From the NCBI GenBank assembly GCA_951406725.2, contig OX597815.1, forward strand, positions 173,724,001 to 173,788,000: a stretch of 64,000 bases of DNA. The letters run 5' to 3'. Both the position numbers and the translations under genes were made by a program. Position 1 is the first letter of the stretch; each line of letters begins with the position of its first letter. Shown piece by piece: positions 38,300 to 52,097 of the stretch. The notes beneath the pieces were generated by a model. The model had not been told where the DNA came from, made no database searches, and saw nothing but the letters and a program-made list of their open reading frames with translations. The stretch is from Octopus vulgaris (Eukaryota).

Positions 38300-39081
38300 T
38301 GGAAATTGTAATTGTGGCTGATGCCAGTGCCACCTTACTGGCTTCCGTGCAGGTGGCACACAATAAGCACCATTCATGCGTGAGTCGTTGCCAGTGCTAC
38401 CGACTGGCTGCTGGTGGCATGTAAAAAGCACTGTCTGAATGCGGTTGATGCAATCAAACCGTCCAACCCATGCCAGCATGGAAAACGGATGTTAAACGAT
38501 GATGATGATGATGATACCAAATGATAATAATGAGGCTATAAAAATAAGAGTCAGTATATGTGCCAAATTGGCAAGAAAAGCCAATTGATTTCCAAATTAG
38601 GTACAAAGCCACAAATTTATAGGAAATGAGAGGAAGATTTTGAAAACTCCAAGCTTTTTCTAAGATAGTGTTTTACCTTTTAGCATTTAAATCAACCATA
38701 TCCAGCCTAAATGTTCAAACTAGTCATACCCAGTCAAACTATCTAGATTTGGCCTCTCACACTTACCCTAAAATGTCAATCTAAAAATATACAATCAAAT
38801 CATCAAAATCTTGAAGTTGTGAGACAATGCAGGATAATTCAAAATAATGTGAATAAATAAGCATCACATTTGACAGAGTAATCTGAATGCTAAACAGTTA
38901 AGTGTGTTGGCTTAAGCTATAAATTAAAAGTGGTTGGCATTAGGAAGGGCATCCAGCTGTAGAAATCATGCCAAAGATAACAATGGAGATTAATGCAGCC
39001 CTGCAGCTTGCTGGTTTATAATCAAACCATCCAATTCATACCAGCATGCAAAGTGGGTGTTAAATCATGGTGATGATGATG
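38300..39081 (+). mobile_element. Two diverged RTE 3' end fragments (38300-38514 and 38929-39081)
   Basis: CCGTCCAACCCATGCCAGCATGGAAAACGG-type ends plus (ATG)n tails. Confidence 0.75.
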
Positions 39082-40954
39082 AATGTAACACTAACTTGTT
39101 TCAGATTATAACAAACCAATAATAAAATCAAAATACAAGTAACAAAACCTTGTAAATATATTTAAATATATGGAATGAAATGTAATAAAACAGTTAATAA
39201 TGTTTTCTGCTGCTAAGTGTAGGCTGGTATAATTTCTTTCTTTTTTTTTTTTGTCCTAACCATGAAAGTGATATAATATTATGTAGGCAAGTAATGTATT
39301 TTTTTTTTGCTATGATTGAAATTTAATTCTTATAGCATGGTTTTGAACAACTTTGAATCAAATGTTTTGCAAAGTAATTAAAGAACTTTATTTTTCAATT
39401 CAATTTTTTTACAATTAAAAAAAAACACAATGTTTATAGATATATATAAGGAAGTGTGTCACTGACATATTAAATAAAGTTGAAGATAAATTTTCTATAA
39501 GAGTAAAAAATGTATGAGTAAATAAAGAATATATACTGTTTGTTGCCAAATGAAAACTAAAAATGAAACCAGAGAATAAGGACGAACAGTGACAAAAATC
39601 AGGTTGAAATGAAGAGAAATATCTCAGCAAACACACTGAACAACATGTTAGCATGGAAAACTGAACTTGTAACTATGATATAGTAGTGTAATTTCTTCTT
39701 AAAATAATGCAGTCTGCATAAATATGGTATTTGATAAGAAAATTTGAAATATATATACACACATACACATAATCATTGCTAAGTACCTGGAATGGTTTCA
39801 AAAAGTGTTGATAGCTAGAAACACATACCAACATCTTACATAAATATGCCATCGTTATATTGTTAAGTTGATGCCATATATTAATGCAATCTAGTATTAC
39901 AATATCAGTAAAAAAATTTTAATTAAACAACATTCAAACTAGTTTCAGAAAATGTCAAAATAAATTTTGCGATTATTTTATAGTAGCACAAAGCCCATTC
40001 ATGAATCCCGCAAAATTTAAAAACAATAAAATGTTATCATGAAAATTTGTTTTTTTTACTTAATGACAACAACGTAAGACACGTGGATGTGAGAATATTC
40101 ACACACACACAGACAGTCATAACTTTCACTTGTAATTCATGTTTGAAATTAAATATAAAGTTTAGTAAAAGGTAGAAAATTGAAACATTTCTGAAGTAAG
40201 GACCCAAGATTGCTTATTACACTACTATTTAACAAGTAAAAAGGAAAGACAGCTAGAAAACATGTAACACTGATATTAGTGGGATGATTCATAAAACTGG
40301 GATAAACAATTTACAAATACACATGTGAGAAACCCAAGACAAAAATGTCTGCATTAATTTCTCATACAACTTGTTAAATAAAAAGGAATTTCAAGCAAAC
40401 TTTTAGCAACATTAAATCATCTTCATTGGTTATCTAAATTTAATTTTTTAATTAACAGCCTTTGTGCTGAAATGTATAAAAGAATAAAGAATTATTCCTT
40501 CACTTATTTATTATGTTTGAAGAAAGATAAATAGGTAGAAAGTATTTGTTTATCCCTAAGTAATAGCTATTATTTTTTAAACACACAAAAAGTACTATTA
40601 AGCTGTAAATAAAATCAAAACACTAAATTTCATGACATTTAATACACTAAATGTCCCAGTTTACTTTATTTAGCACATTGAATATGAAACTATACATGAA
40701 CACACACACACGCATACAAATATACAATAGTATATTCTTTTTATAGAATCAAATAATAATTATCAAAGAAAACATCTTCAGTTTCAACAGTTTATATGTT
40801 TATTAATCCTTTCTTATTCATTTATCATGGACCAATCTGAAATACAATGTTAATCTTTCTATCATTAGCACTGTATTGTTTAATAAATAACAATTCAACT
40901 AAAGCAAATATGAAGTGAATGTCACAGGTGACTATTGATAAGATATCTACTTAC

Positions 40955-41200
40955 TTTATGTTCATTAAATTGTTGCTTAACCTTTGTGACCCCAAGCATG
41001 TCAGAAGCATCATCATCAGCTGAATGTGCTATAGTCTCAACAACAGGTTCTTGTTTTGCAATTACTTCCTCTGCTTCCAGTAGCCATGCTAAGACATTTT
41101 CTAGCATGTCCTGATAGGAGAGGAGGTCAAGTGAGCTAGTGCTCATGGTGCTATGCCGGCTTGAAGTACTAGAACTGCCACTACTAAGAGACATCAATGA
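40955..41200 (-). CDS. DMD: Dystrophin exon, end of hinge 1 and start of spectrin repeat 1 (SLMSL...YQDMLENVLAWLLEAEE...VKQQFNEHK)
   Basis: 246 bp, ttttcag/gtaagt, phase 0-0; resembles human YQTALEEVLSWLLSAE...VKDQFHTHE. Confidence 0.94.
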
Positions 41201-42349
41201 CTGAAAAGTGACATATAACACAAACAATTAGCAACTTCAATAATTAAAGAATTCTGTTACAATGAATATATACAAATGACTAAACAGAAAAAAATTAATG
41301 TTATACCTACTTGATTTTTCACTTGAAGTAGCCATCAAAAATCTTTAGAAACATTTTATAACAAGTTATAATTTTCCAGTAATAGATGGAGATTACTGGA
41401 TTTTGTTTTTAAACACCAAGTCTCTACTAACAAAGCAGTCAGAACTGTAACAGCATTTACTGTGAACACAAACAAAATAATCCTGGGTACTAATGTTTTG
41501 CCTGTCCACCCACAGTCAGCTGCTTGTTAATACAACAAACCAAACAGAAATAACCATCGCTATCTCTTATGTTCTTACTTTTCATTCAAATATACAAAAC
41601 TAAAGAGAGGTAGCAGTCTGAAAATAGTCCAGCACTGCCAGGAAGTAGAGATAATCTCTTTGCTGTTATAGGCTACCCTATCAAGTTTCTACATTCTCCC
41701 TCCCTCTCTCTGTCTCTCTCCTAATAGTCAGTAACTCGCTCTTACTTTCTTCTCATACTTTCACTACCCACCCACTCAACAGAGAGAGGTGTGTCTTGGA
41801 GTAGACAAGTCAACATACTTTGCTGAGTTTAGCATAACTTCAAAAACACATGGCCACTTAAATAGTTTGCTTTTAAATTAAAATTTTATTCATAAATAAT
41901 ACTATTCTGCTTCCAATGAATTCTTAGAAAACTTATAAAACTATGGAAGATAATACAGACATATAAAAACCAAGCTGTACATAAATACATATATAGTGCT
42001 ATCTATAGACCTGTAGCTAAATTTGATCAAATTCAAAGCAAAAACTGTTTCGAACTGTCATGCATTTGAAATACAGATTTTTAAAATTTTTATAGTTAAT
42101 TTTCACTGTTTCTAAATAATTTATTTATTTAGTATGAAAATTATGGTATACCAAAACTAAAATGTATAGACTATAAACTTTGACAGATAGATTTTTGTCC
42201 ATAAAAAAACATTATACATGTGTATATAGCAGATCTGATATTCAGCCTTGTATTCTACTAATTCTATAACTCAATCATTTCTAATAATAATAGTTTCGAA
42301 CAAAGATATACAGCCACAAATTTGAGATGATTATAGTCAGTTCCATCAA

Positions 42350-43275
42350 AGCTACCCTCAGTATTTTACTGGTACTTATTTTATCAACTTTGGAAGGCTG
42401 AAAACAAAACAGATCATGGCAGAACTTGAAAACAAAACAAAGGTATTACTAAACACAGAAGGCATATTGTTCACTGCTCTACCTATTCTGCCATGAATTG
42501 TAATTTTTAACAACAATAATAACTTCTAAAATTGGCAAAAGGCTTCAAATTTTGAGAATAGATGGAGTAGAATTAATCAAACTAATGTACTTTATTGGTA
42601 TTTATTTTACCCACTTCAGAAGACTGAAAGTGAACTTGACTTAGTGTTTCAACCAACTGATTCATTCAATTTACTCATGCAGTTTTCAGTTCAGCTTTTT
42701 GTACTCTAAGCTCAAATCCTACCGAGGCCACATTTGTCTCTCATCCCTCCAAAAGCAATAAAATAAAGGACTGCTCAAGTACTGGGATCAAAAATATCGA
42801 CTTAACCCTCTCTCCTTAAAACTGTTGGCCTTGTGCTTAAGCTAGAAAATCATTACACTGGGTTGATTTCGCTTGTCATTTCTATTCCCCTTAGTTGACA
42901 GAAGTACTGATAATATATTGATTTAGTTTGACTTTACTACTACCTTTCATCCTTTTGGGGTCGATAAATTAAGTACCAGTGAAACACTGGGGTTGATGTA
43001 ATCAACAAGTCCCCTCCTCCACATTTCAGGCCTTGTGCCTATAGTAGAAATCATTATTATTAGTGTGGTGAACAGACAAAATCATGACATGCCTGGCAAT
43101 ATGCTCAGTAGCATTTCATCTGTCCTTATGTCTCGAGTTCAAATTCTGCTGAGGTTGACTTTGCATTTCATCCTTCTGGGGTCAATGAAATAAGTACCAG
43201 TTGAGCACTGGGATTGATATAATCAACTGCCTCCTCCTAATAAATTTAAGGCCTTGTGCCTATTGTAGAAAGAAT
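42350..43275. mobile_element. Cluster of diverged family A SINE copies
   Basis: Repeated TTTCATCC..GGGGTC.AT.AA.TAAGTACCAG core at about 42745, 42945 and 43165, plus reverse-strand copies at about 42360-42620. Confidence 0.7.
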
Positions 43276-44427
43276 TCTCATTAGTGTGGAGAACTCAGAG
43301 CTGGTACTAGGTCTGGCAAGCTAGGTGACTATCTGGGTTTTTAAAATGAGGTCCTACAAATAACTTACATAAAATTTCTTCAGTCTATTTAAAACACAAA
43401 AGCTTATCAATAACAAGAGCAAGTAAGACCACTCTAAAAACAAAGAAGTTAGAGAGAACATGGGTAGACAGAGAGAAGTACAAAATTCATGTGATGTAAT
43501 GATCTGTCACATGATTTATTCTGAAATATTTCAAATTATGAGCACAGATTTATTCAGTTAAATATATAATCATAAAACTACAGATTTCTTATTCACAACT
43601 TAACCACAATTTTATGACTGCACTTTCCAGCTGGAGGATCATGTAGAATAAAATTGGAGAAGGAGGCTCCCATTGCAGGACTGAGAGAACAGAACACATT
43701 GTAAGACTGGCCTAGGATGCTGAATTATTAGTGCTGGCTCAGGGCATATTGGTAGAAATAAGGCCAAAATAAAATGCAGTATTAGATACATCCCTTTATA
43801 TTTTGATTTCAAGTACTGCTAAAGTCAGTTTGTATCATTTTACAGAGCCCATAAAATAAGCACCAGTTTAATTGACAAACTTACCTCCCAAATTTCTGGC
43901 ATTAGTAAAGATGAAAGAGTGCAGAATCAGTAGAACATTGCACTAAATACTCTCACTATTTAGTCTTGTTCTGCAATTGTTCTGGTAAATATCCCACAAG
44001 ACTTTGTTTTCACTCCTTCAAGGCCAGTGACAAGTTTGTCACAAGCCTTGAAGGAGTATAAAATATACTAATTTTGTACTTAGTTTGTAGTAGTTTGTTC
44101 AGTCAACTACTCTCCTCCCTAACACATAACAGCAGCAATAGCACCCTACCACCATCATCATCATCACTAAAGCTGTACCTACTGAAACAATTGAATGATT
44201 TAGCTATATAATAGTTTAATATCAACCAGTTCTTTACTTAATTCATAATAATTTTTAACTTCCTGGAGTTGATAAATTATCAACCAGTCAATTTAAGTTA
44301 AATATACTGCTCTTCTCTATGTTTAATATAAACAATCTATGTAAATAACCACATGCATGCATTTGCATCTGTGTATTTTTTCCTCTTATTTTTAATTAAA
44401 TTTCTGTAGTGATGAAAAAAGTCATTA

Positions 44428-44985
44428 AAGGCACCATCCAAACGTGGTTGATGCCAGGTCCGCCTGACTGGCTCCTGTGCCGGTGGCATATAAAAAGCAC
44501 CAACTGATCGTGATCGATGCCAGTACCCCCTAACTGGCTCCTATGCTGATGGCACATAAAAAGCACCATCTGAACTTGTTTGTTGCCAGGCTTGCCTTCC
44601 TGGCTCCTGTGCTGGTGGCATGTAAAAAGCACCCACAACACTCTTGGAGTGGTTGGTGTTAGGAAGGGCATCCAGCTGTAGAGACTCTGCCAGACTAGAT
44701 TGGAGCCTGGTGCAGCCACTGGCTCTCCAGACCTCAGTCAAACCGTCCAACCCATGCCAGCATGGAAAATGGATGTTAATCGATGATGATGAGCAACAAA
44801 GTAATGTGATACATTATTTTTATACCGGATTTCAATTTTATATCATCATCATCATCATCGTTTAGCGTCCGTTTTCCATGCTAGCATGGGTTGGACGGGT
44901 CAACTGGGGTCTGTGAAGCTGGAAGGCTTCGTCAGGCCCAGTCAGATCTGGCAGTGTTTCTACGGCTGGATGCCCTTCCTAACGC
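44428..44985. mobile_element. Tail-to-tail pair of RTE 3' ends (44428-44792 plus, 44842-44985 minus)
   Basis: Both carry the AGGAAGGGCATCCAGC motif and (ATG)n tail, about 50 bp apart. Confidence 0.85.
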
Positions 44986-45198
44986 CCTATATATACTTGA
45001 AATTCACAGAAAAACAAAAGCCAAAGACAGGTATATAAACAACAAACATGTGTATTAGTTTGACACTTGGGAAGGCAAGAAAGACTTTCACATTTCGAGC
45101 CTACGCTCTTCACCAAAAAGGAACATGAGGAAATAAACAGAGAGAGAATAAAAAAAGTTTTGGAGTTAGTGGTCAATCACAGTGACTGGCCATGATGG

Positions 45199-45245
<47 letters not shown>

Positions 45246-45611
45246 AGTAATGTAATTATACATTACTGAGGATATATTATAAACAATTAATAATCATTTA
45301 TGAATATATCAATGGCCAAACATGTTACCATAAAATACATAAAAGAAGAATGTTTATAATTGTGAACAGGTCATAATTATAACTACGAGGATTTCAAAAC
45401 CTTTACATACTTTTAAGTTGTGGATTCTATTTGTCATGTTGCCTGCAGACAGCTCTTATTTTGAAGAGAAATAATATGAGTTATAAAAATGGCTTTAAAG
45501 TGATTTTGACTGCTATTTCTAAACATGTAAGGGTTTTGAAACCCTCTTAGTTATAATTGTGACTTGACTTGTTCATAATTATAAACATTCTTCTTCTTGT
45601 ATGTATGTATG

Positions 45612-45688
<77 letters not shown>

Positions 45689-45770
45689 TGAGCAGATGAT
45701 TGATTTGACTACAAACGTGCTTATTCAGAGACTTGAACTAAAAACTAAAGCAACTTTTTTTTTTATTTAC

Positions 45771-46090
45771 CTCAGCAGCAGCAGGATTCAAAGCTTCATT
45801 GTGTGTCTTGTCCATACACTTAGCACTTATTTTATTCATATCCTCTTCGACAGTAAGTGAAGAACTGGATTCAGTAGTAACAGTTGCTGCAGGTTGTGTA
45901 GGTACACTACGCTCATCGATACTCTTTGGAGAAGATGATATTAAAGTTGTTTCAGCTTGTAAGTTTTTAACTGAATCTAATTTTGTATTTGTTTCATTTG
46001 ATGAATTATTGCTTGAATTTTGCAGGACTTGAAATAAACACATTATATACATTATAATGCATTTCTTGTCAGGATTGTCTACATTAACAT
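45771..46090 (-). CDS. DMD: Dystrophin exon, end of CH2 plus Ser/Thr-rich hinge 1 (DVNVDNPDKKCIIMYIMCLFQVL...NPAAAE)
   Basis: 320 bp, ttacag/gtaaat, phase 1-0; PDKK.I.MYI..LFQVL motif; open throughout (ORF 45738..46052). Confidence 0.9.
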
Positions 46091-46884
46091 CTGTAATGAA
46101 AATATAGTAATATTAACACAATAATCACACATTTACAACACACATTTAGATTATATCAATTATCAGTCGCCTCTAAATTAGAAACCAAAAACTGATAGCA
46201 TCTATGGAGAAGGTAAACCGAAATATTTAAGTTGTAAACTTTTGAAGAAGAAATTATCAATATAGTGGGGCAACAGTAATCTAACTTAAATAATCTCTTT
46301 TAGCATAGGAAAATGAGGTATACTCATTGATTAATGATGGCAATATAAGTTGTTTTTTTTTTCCAATGATTCTCATTTCAAATTAAGTAAAACATAAGAC
46401 ATATTGAATCAGATCAGAATCAGTGTGAATGACAGATTTAATTAATTTGAGGAATAATTACAACATTGAAAAGTAAAAAATTTTTCCCTTATGACAGGTT
46501 CTAAATATAAAGGAATCAATTTCCTAATTTTGTTTCAAGGACAACTGACAACCTTGAACATAAATGTGGATTAAAGCAAACCAAGCAAAATTGGGGGGGG
46601 GGAGTAGCTAATTGAATGTTAAGCAACCTACTTTAAAATTCCTCAATTCAGACTAACATGAGAAAGAAATATATAAATATATATGCAAAATAAAGTTTTC
46701 CATTTCAAATAGAAATAACAATTATTTTTAATTTCTATTACTTTCTGCTTTTAAAAATACCAAAACACAATAATTATTATGAATAATTATCAATATATAA
46801 ATCATATTGATAAATTATTCATAAAATATTTTTTTAAAAAATAAATAGATAAAATAAAAAAAATAAATAGATAGATTCACAAAC

Positions 46885-47000
46885 CTTCAGGATCCAATAA
46901 TGGATCAATATTCAAATGTTGGTGTGCAATATTGAAAGCATGTGACAGATTATAGTAATTGTCTTTATCCAAAAGATCATCATATGAAAATAACTCAGAC
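46885..47000 (-). CDS. DMD: Dystrophin exon, CH2 (SELFSYDDLLDKDNYYNLSHAFNIAHQHLNIDPLLDPE); equivalent of human exon 7
   Basis: 116 bp, tcttag/gtttgt, phase 2-1; HAFNIA and LLDPE motifs. Confidence 0.94.
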
Positions 47001-47784
47001 CTAAGAATATAGATTTAAAATATAAACATACAATGCTGTTATAATACATATTTACAATTTAATTTATCTTTATATTATCAATTTCAACAAAAGAAAAAGT
47101 GGGTGCTACATTCATTACGTAGTGAATATGTAATATATTTTCAGTTAGTTCTAAGTTTTACAAGACATGTCTAACAACCTTACACCATCAAACATTACTA
47201 ACTCAACAGCCTGTCTCTATACTACTTGATAGAGATGACTGACAGAGTGAGAGAGGAAGATGTCAAAAGAGAAAGATAGAAAGGACTGAAATAATTTGAG
47301 ATAATTAATCTTTTTGATACTAAAATGAACAAGACAGCCCCTGGTTCTATAATACTAACTCTCTGTTTTAAAATGATTTTAATTAAGGCTTTCCATCAGA
47401 ATTTCATGTTAGTTTATGTTCCAAACACCAGCTTTTATGCCAGCAAAGAAAATGTATGGCAAACAAAGAGGAAGAGGACAACAATGACAATGAAAGATAG
47501 TGTATTTCAACAGAAATATTGTATAAAAAGGGTTAACCCTTGGAAGAATTTATGGCCAACTGACAATGTTGAAACATAAAAAGATAAATTTATCTTTAAA
47601 TAAATGTTGAAATATGGAATTGATTCTGATTAAATATTCTCGTGTAAGGATGAGTGGACAATGTAGTAGTTCAGTTAATAGTAATAGGGAGAATAAAGCA
47701 ACTTTGGTTTAAATGAATGATGAGGATATCAAATATTTTTGTAAAAGAAACTTTACTAATTTTCAAACAGTATGATTGGATTAA

Positions 47785-48275
47785 CATTATTATTATCTTC
47801 ATCCTTTCTTTTCTTGTGTTATTTATGTCACTTCTCAGCTCTTTCTGCAGCTTAGAGACACAACACTTTCCTCAACATCCGCTGTTCTGAGTATTGCTGC
47901 CAAATGTGTACTTCCTATGAAGTTTGGTATTTTTAGCTTTTCATGCTAGTATATTGCTTTCTTTGAGATGGTCCCAAGTGCACCAGTCATGATAGGTATC
48001 ACACTCACATTTGAGGCTCTATGGATGTGTTTCACTTCCAATGCTAGGTCTTGGTAATTTTTGACTTTCACATTCCCTGCCTTCACAATATTCTGGTCTA
48101 CAAGTATAGTTACATTAACAAGTGTCTACTTTTTGGACTCCTTCCATGAGAGAGTAATATCTAGTTGGTTATGTTGCAGCTTCTTATCTCTGTTGATTAG
48201 CATATCCCATGTGAGTTTCACCTGAATATTCTCTGCTATTGGCAAAGGTTGGTGGTCATATCATTCGTTAGGACA
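47785..48275 (-). mobile_element. R4/Dong-like non-LTR element remnant (restriction-like endonuclease end)
   Basis: Minus strand reads DKKLQHNQLDI, YQDLALEV, IPIMTGALGTI, then a (TAA)n tail. Confidence 0.6.
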
Positions 48276-48297
48276 TTCTAACATTATTATTATTGAA

Positions 48298-49312
48298 TAA
48301 GGTAAAATGCTTAGTGGTATTTCATCTGCCGCTACGTTCTGACTTCAAATTCCATGAAGGTCGACTTTGCCTTTCATCATTTAGGGGGTCAATGAAATAA
48401 GTACCAGTTCTGCACTGGGGTTGATGTAATCAACTATCCCTCTTCCCACAAAATTTTCAAGGCCTTGTGACTAGAGTAGAAATAATTATTATTGAGTGAG
48501 AGAGCAGTGCATGCCATCAAAATGATGACACTGGGATAAAATATATGAAGCCCAGTATACCCATCATGACTGCCCGGCTGATAACGGTACACCAGGCACA
48601 TGCATCATAACTATGTGTGCACAACAAGGTGATCTTATATCAAAATAAACAGTACAAGACCTTGTAGATGGAGTCCATTTCGATTTTTCTTCAGGTTGAG
48701 TAGCCCATCCCACTCAAAAGGTCCCTGAATGAAGGTTGTTTAAGGATGTTGAATGAAACACCCATGTTTCCAGAAGTGAGTTATCCAAACTCCAAAGAAT
48801 TCCTCTCAACACATGGTTATGATGCTCCCCCACTACTTCTGCTTGTGATCAGAGATGCACATATCATCAGCCACTAGGGGACATGCTCAAGTGGTTATGG
48901 TCAAACAACTGACAAGCAAATCTGTGGTATTGAGCAGAATATTTGCAGTAGCCCATCTTTTATACCAAGACAAAACAATGTACATGATAACACTTCCAGT
49001 CAGTTAAGATCAGAAGCCAGGAGAGCCCCTGTCTGGTACTGCCTCAAGGAATTTATTATTATTATCATTATTATTATATAAGTAGTAGTAGCAGTAGTAG
49101 TAAGGCAATGAGCTGGCAGAACCGTTAGCATGCTGGACAAAATATTTAGCGGTATTGCATCTGTTTTTATGTTCTAAGTTCAAATTCCCAAGCTCAACTT
49201 CGCCTTTCATCCTTACAGGGTCAACAAAATTAAGTACCTGTGAAACACTGAGGTCGATGTAATTCTAGTCCCATCCTGCAAAAATTCAGGCCTTGTGCTT
49301 CCAGTAGAAAGG
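48298..49312 (+). mobile_element. Family A SINE copies (48298-48482 and 49103-49312) beside (TTA)/(TAG) microsatellites, flanking another interspersed repeat
   Basis: GAGCTGGCAGAACCGTTAGC head and GACTTTGCCTTTCATC core. Confidence 0.75.
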
Positions 49313-50270
49313 ATTATTATTATTAGTCAGAAGTTTTGGAAGCATTTTTCTTTCTATTTTTTAGAAAGCAACATGCAAACAATTCACTCAACTTAAAACC
49401 CCATCAACACAACCGGATGTTGTTTCTCCCAGACATCAATAGAAACGAACTAAGCCTAGTTATACTCAACCCACACTAGACTACTCACAGAACCAATAAA
49501 TCTCTTTCATCCATTGATACCTACATCTCATGAACTCAACCACACACTGGTGACTTTGTTCATACTGTTAAAGCTCTGATGATACTAAGCATACCTTTGC
49601 AACTAGATACACATTCCTTATAGGCTCACAGAGGCAACCAAGCAATGAGCAGGAGCCTCAAGATTTGCACACTGAGGTGAGAAATAAACAACAGAACAAA
49701 TACAAAAGATTAAACATCCTGCACATTTTAGATTCTCTCAACTAACCACTGGAAAGGAATACTTCTGAGAAAAAAAGAAAACCTCTAATCTCTATTTTAA
49801 AAATAAATATATTTCCATTAAATCTGCACTCGGGTTTTCCACAGCTCAACATGATCTTGTATTGTGTTTCATCCCACTGATGCATTCTTTCCTGTTGGTT
49901 AAACAGTCAGCTAGTTTTGAATGTTCTCAAAGATTCACTTCCTGAACAGCTCATTTATTGCCATGGTATATTTTACATAAAAATAAAATTTGAGGAATAA
50001 GAAGGTTAGATAATGTAGATAACTGTAAAGTGTGTGTGTGTGTGTGTGTGCACGTGTGTGTGTGTGCACGTGCACGTGTGTGTGTGTGCACGTGTGTTTT
50101 TCTTTAAATGATTTCAGTCATTTTGGTCTGCATTTCAATTTGAAGCAAAAAGCTAGAAATATGAAACCTAATCAATATTGATTTTATTCTAATTGCTGTA
50201 GATAATTGCTGGAGTGGAACCTTGTAACAGACATTTAGTCATTAACTAAACTGAAAGAAGTTTGACTTAC

Positions 50271-50351
50271 CGGTGTTTATGTATTAATGCATTAAATGCT
50301 AAACCATCCTTCCAGCTTGTTGTAAAGTTTTTTAATTCAACTTTATCATAG
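50271..50351 (-). CDS. DMD: Dystrophin exon, CH2 ([26 protein letters not shown])
   Basis: 81 bp, ttttcag/gtaagt, phase 2-2; CH2 motif NFTTSW.DGLA.NALIH. Confidence 0.96.
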
Positions 50352-51595
50352 CTGAAAAACAAAATTAATATATATTAGATTATTAGTTAACAACTAATGT
50401 CACCTGAAAAAATAATATCCTTGATTTATTCATTACTTATTACTCTCACACCTTCAATTAAACATTGCATTTATTCCACTATTCATATATTCAATTAGTT
50501 TCTTTGACATCAATCTGTAATTATTGAGTATTCAATCAAAGGGTATTTTTCTTTTAATAACCATTTATTTTTCAGGAATAAAACTATATGCAGTTCATTC
50601 ATTTTGCATTCATTTTTCCATGCTTGCATGTGTTTGATGAATATGTTATTTGACACATTGTTTTACAACCCAGATGTCTCTCTGATGCTAATCCTTACCT
50701 GTGTTCCAAGTAAAGGGTCACTTATTTCACATGGCTTAGGAGGAACAAAGTTCCTGGATGATTTATTGACAGGAGAACTTGGTTACCACACATTCATACA
50801 AACAATTGCAAATGTAAATAAAAATACAGACACATGCATACATATATATTATATATAAGTTTTCTTTCAGTTTCCATCAACCAAATCCACTCATAAGGAT
50901 TTGGTCAGCCCAAGGTTATAATATAAGACACTTGCCAAGAGTGCAGTGCAGTGGAACTGAATGCAAAACCAACCACAAAGTTAGGAAGTGAAATTCTCAA
51001 CCACACAGTCATGTTTAATATTCTATTTCATTAGCTGAGATTGAAACAAAATAGTTAACAAACATAATTGTGTTGGTTAATCAAATAAATTTTTATGATA
51101 ATTTTATAGTAATTTGTAAATGTCTCTAATGAGGCTGCTGAAGACAGATATAGTCCAAGAGAATAACTTCAATCAATACACTAGTTATCCCAAGCTAAAA
51201 GAAACTGTACATCTAATTTTTTTCTTTTCATAACATTTTAATACTCATGAGACTAATTTGAAAGAAAGCAAAGAAAAAAACATCTACTTGTCTACTCTGG
51301 TGATTAAAAAGCTTTACAATATTCTGTCTTAAAATTATTTCAACACATACACTGCATACTTTTATTTACTTCTTGAATATCAACTGAAATCTTAAAAGAA
51401 TGACATTCTAGGCATTATGAAGTCAAAAATGTTATTTAAAATGATTTAAGATATTAGTTTAAATTGAACTGTTTATATTTCAACATGTAATCTTTAATAA
51501 CATTAACACTGGTAGATCAGACAAGTTGTTGTTGATTACTGATACTGGGTTTACTACAAGATTCAGAATTAAAATAGCATACCTAATGTCTAAAG

Positions 51596-52097
51596 CAGTG
51601 GTTCTTAGCCAAAACAGTAGAATGCACCCTTGCTCCTTTAGTAGTGTTATGAGCTCACAAAGGGAGTGTTATGACATGTACTAAATATTTAGAAAGGTTT
51701 TCTTAGAAATATAATATTTAAAGTAAATACATTTTTCATATTTTAAACACATTTTCAAAAAGACCCGTTGGGATTAAAATATGAACAGAACAGTGTATCA
51801 TCAGTGAACAGAAACTTGACAGAAGATACATCCACTCCAATATAATTTCATTACATAAATCCTTGCCTTATTTAATAAAATTAATGAATGAAAAAAATTT
51901 AACACGAGAGGCATTAATCCACACATATTTACAAAGAGGCACATGCTGCATAAGGAAAGCAAATATTCATAATAAACTACAACAAAATTAGCTTCAGTTT
52001 GATTTTTCTTTCTGTTTTAAAAACAGGCTGAGAGGTCATTTGTAAGATGCTATCTAGTGAAAGAGGGTACTAAATTACAAAAGCTGAAGAACCACCA
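51596..52097. mobile_element. Possible old hAT-type MITE
   Basis: cagtggttcttagc and gctgaagaaccacca termini resemble the 27441 MITE; TSD not matched. Confidence 0.4.

Noticed and set aside
41307-41335. Possible alternative first or extra coding exon (ATGGCTACT...AG/gtataa) about 106 nt upstream of the 41200 acceptor
   Set aside because: Both candidate donors put the ATG out of frame with the phase-0 exon, and the phase-0 frames contain stops. A non-coding first exon cannot be supported without transcript data.
50030-50097. (GT)n with GCAC interruptions as a regulatory or Z-DNA element
   Set aside because: Such microsatellites are abundant throughout the window; nothing specific supports a function.
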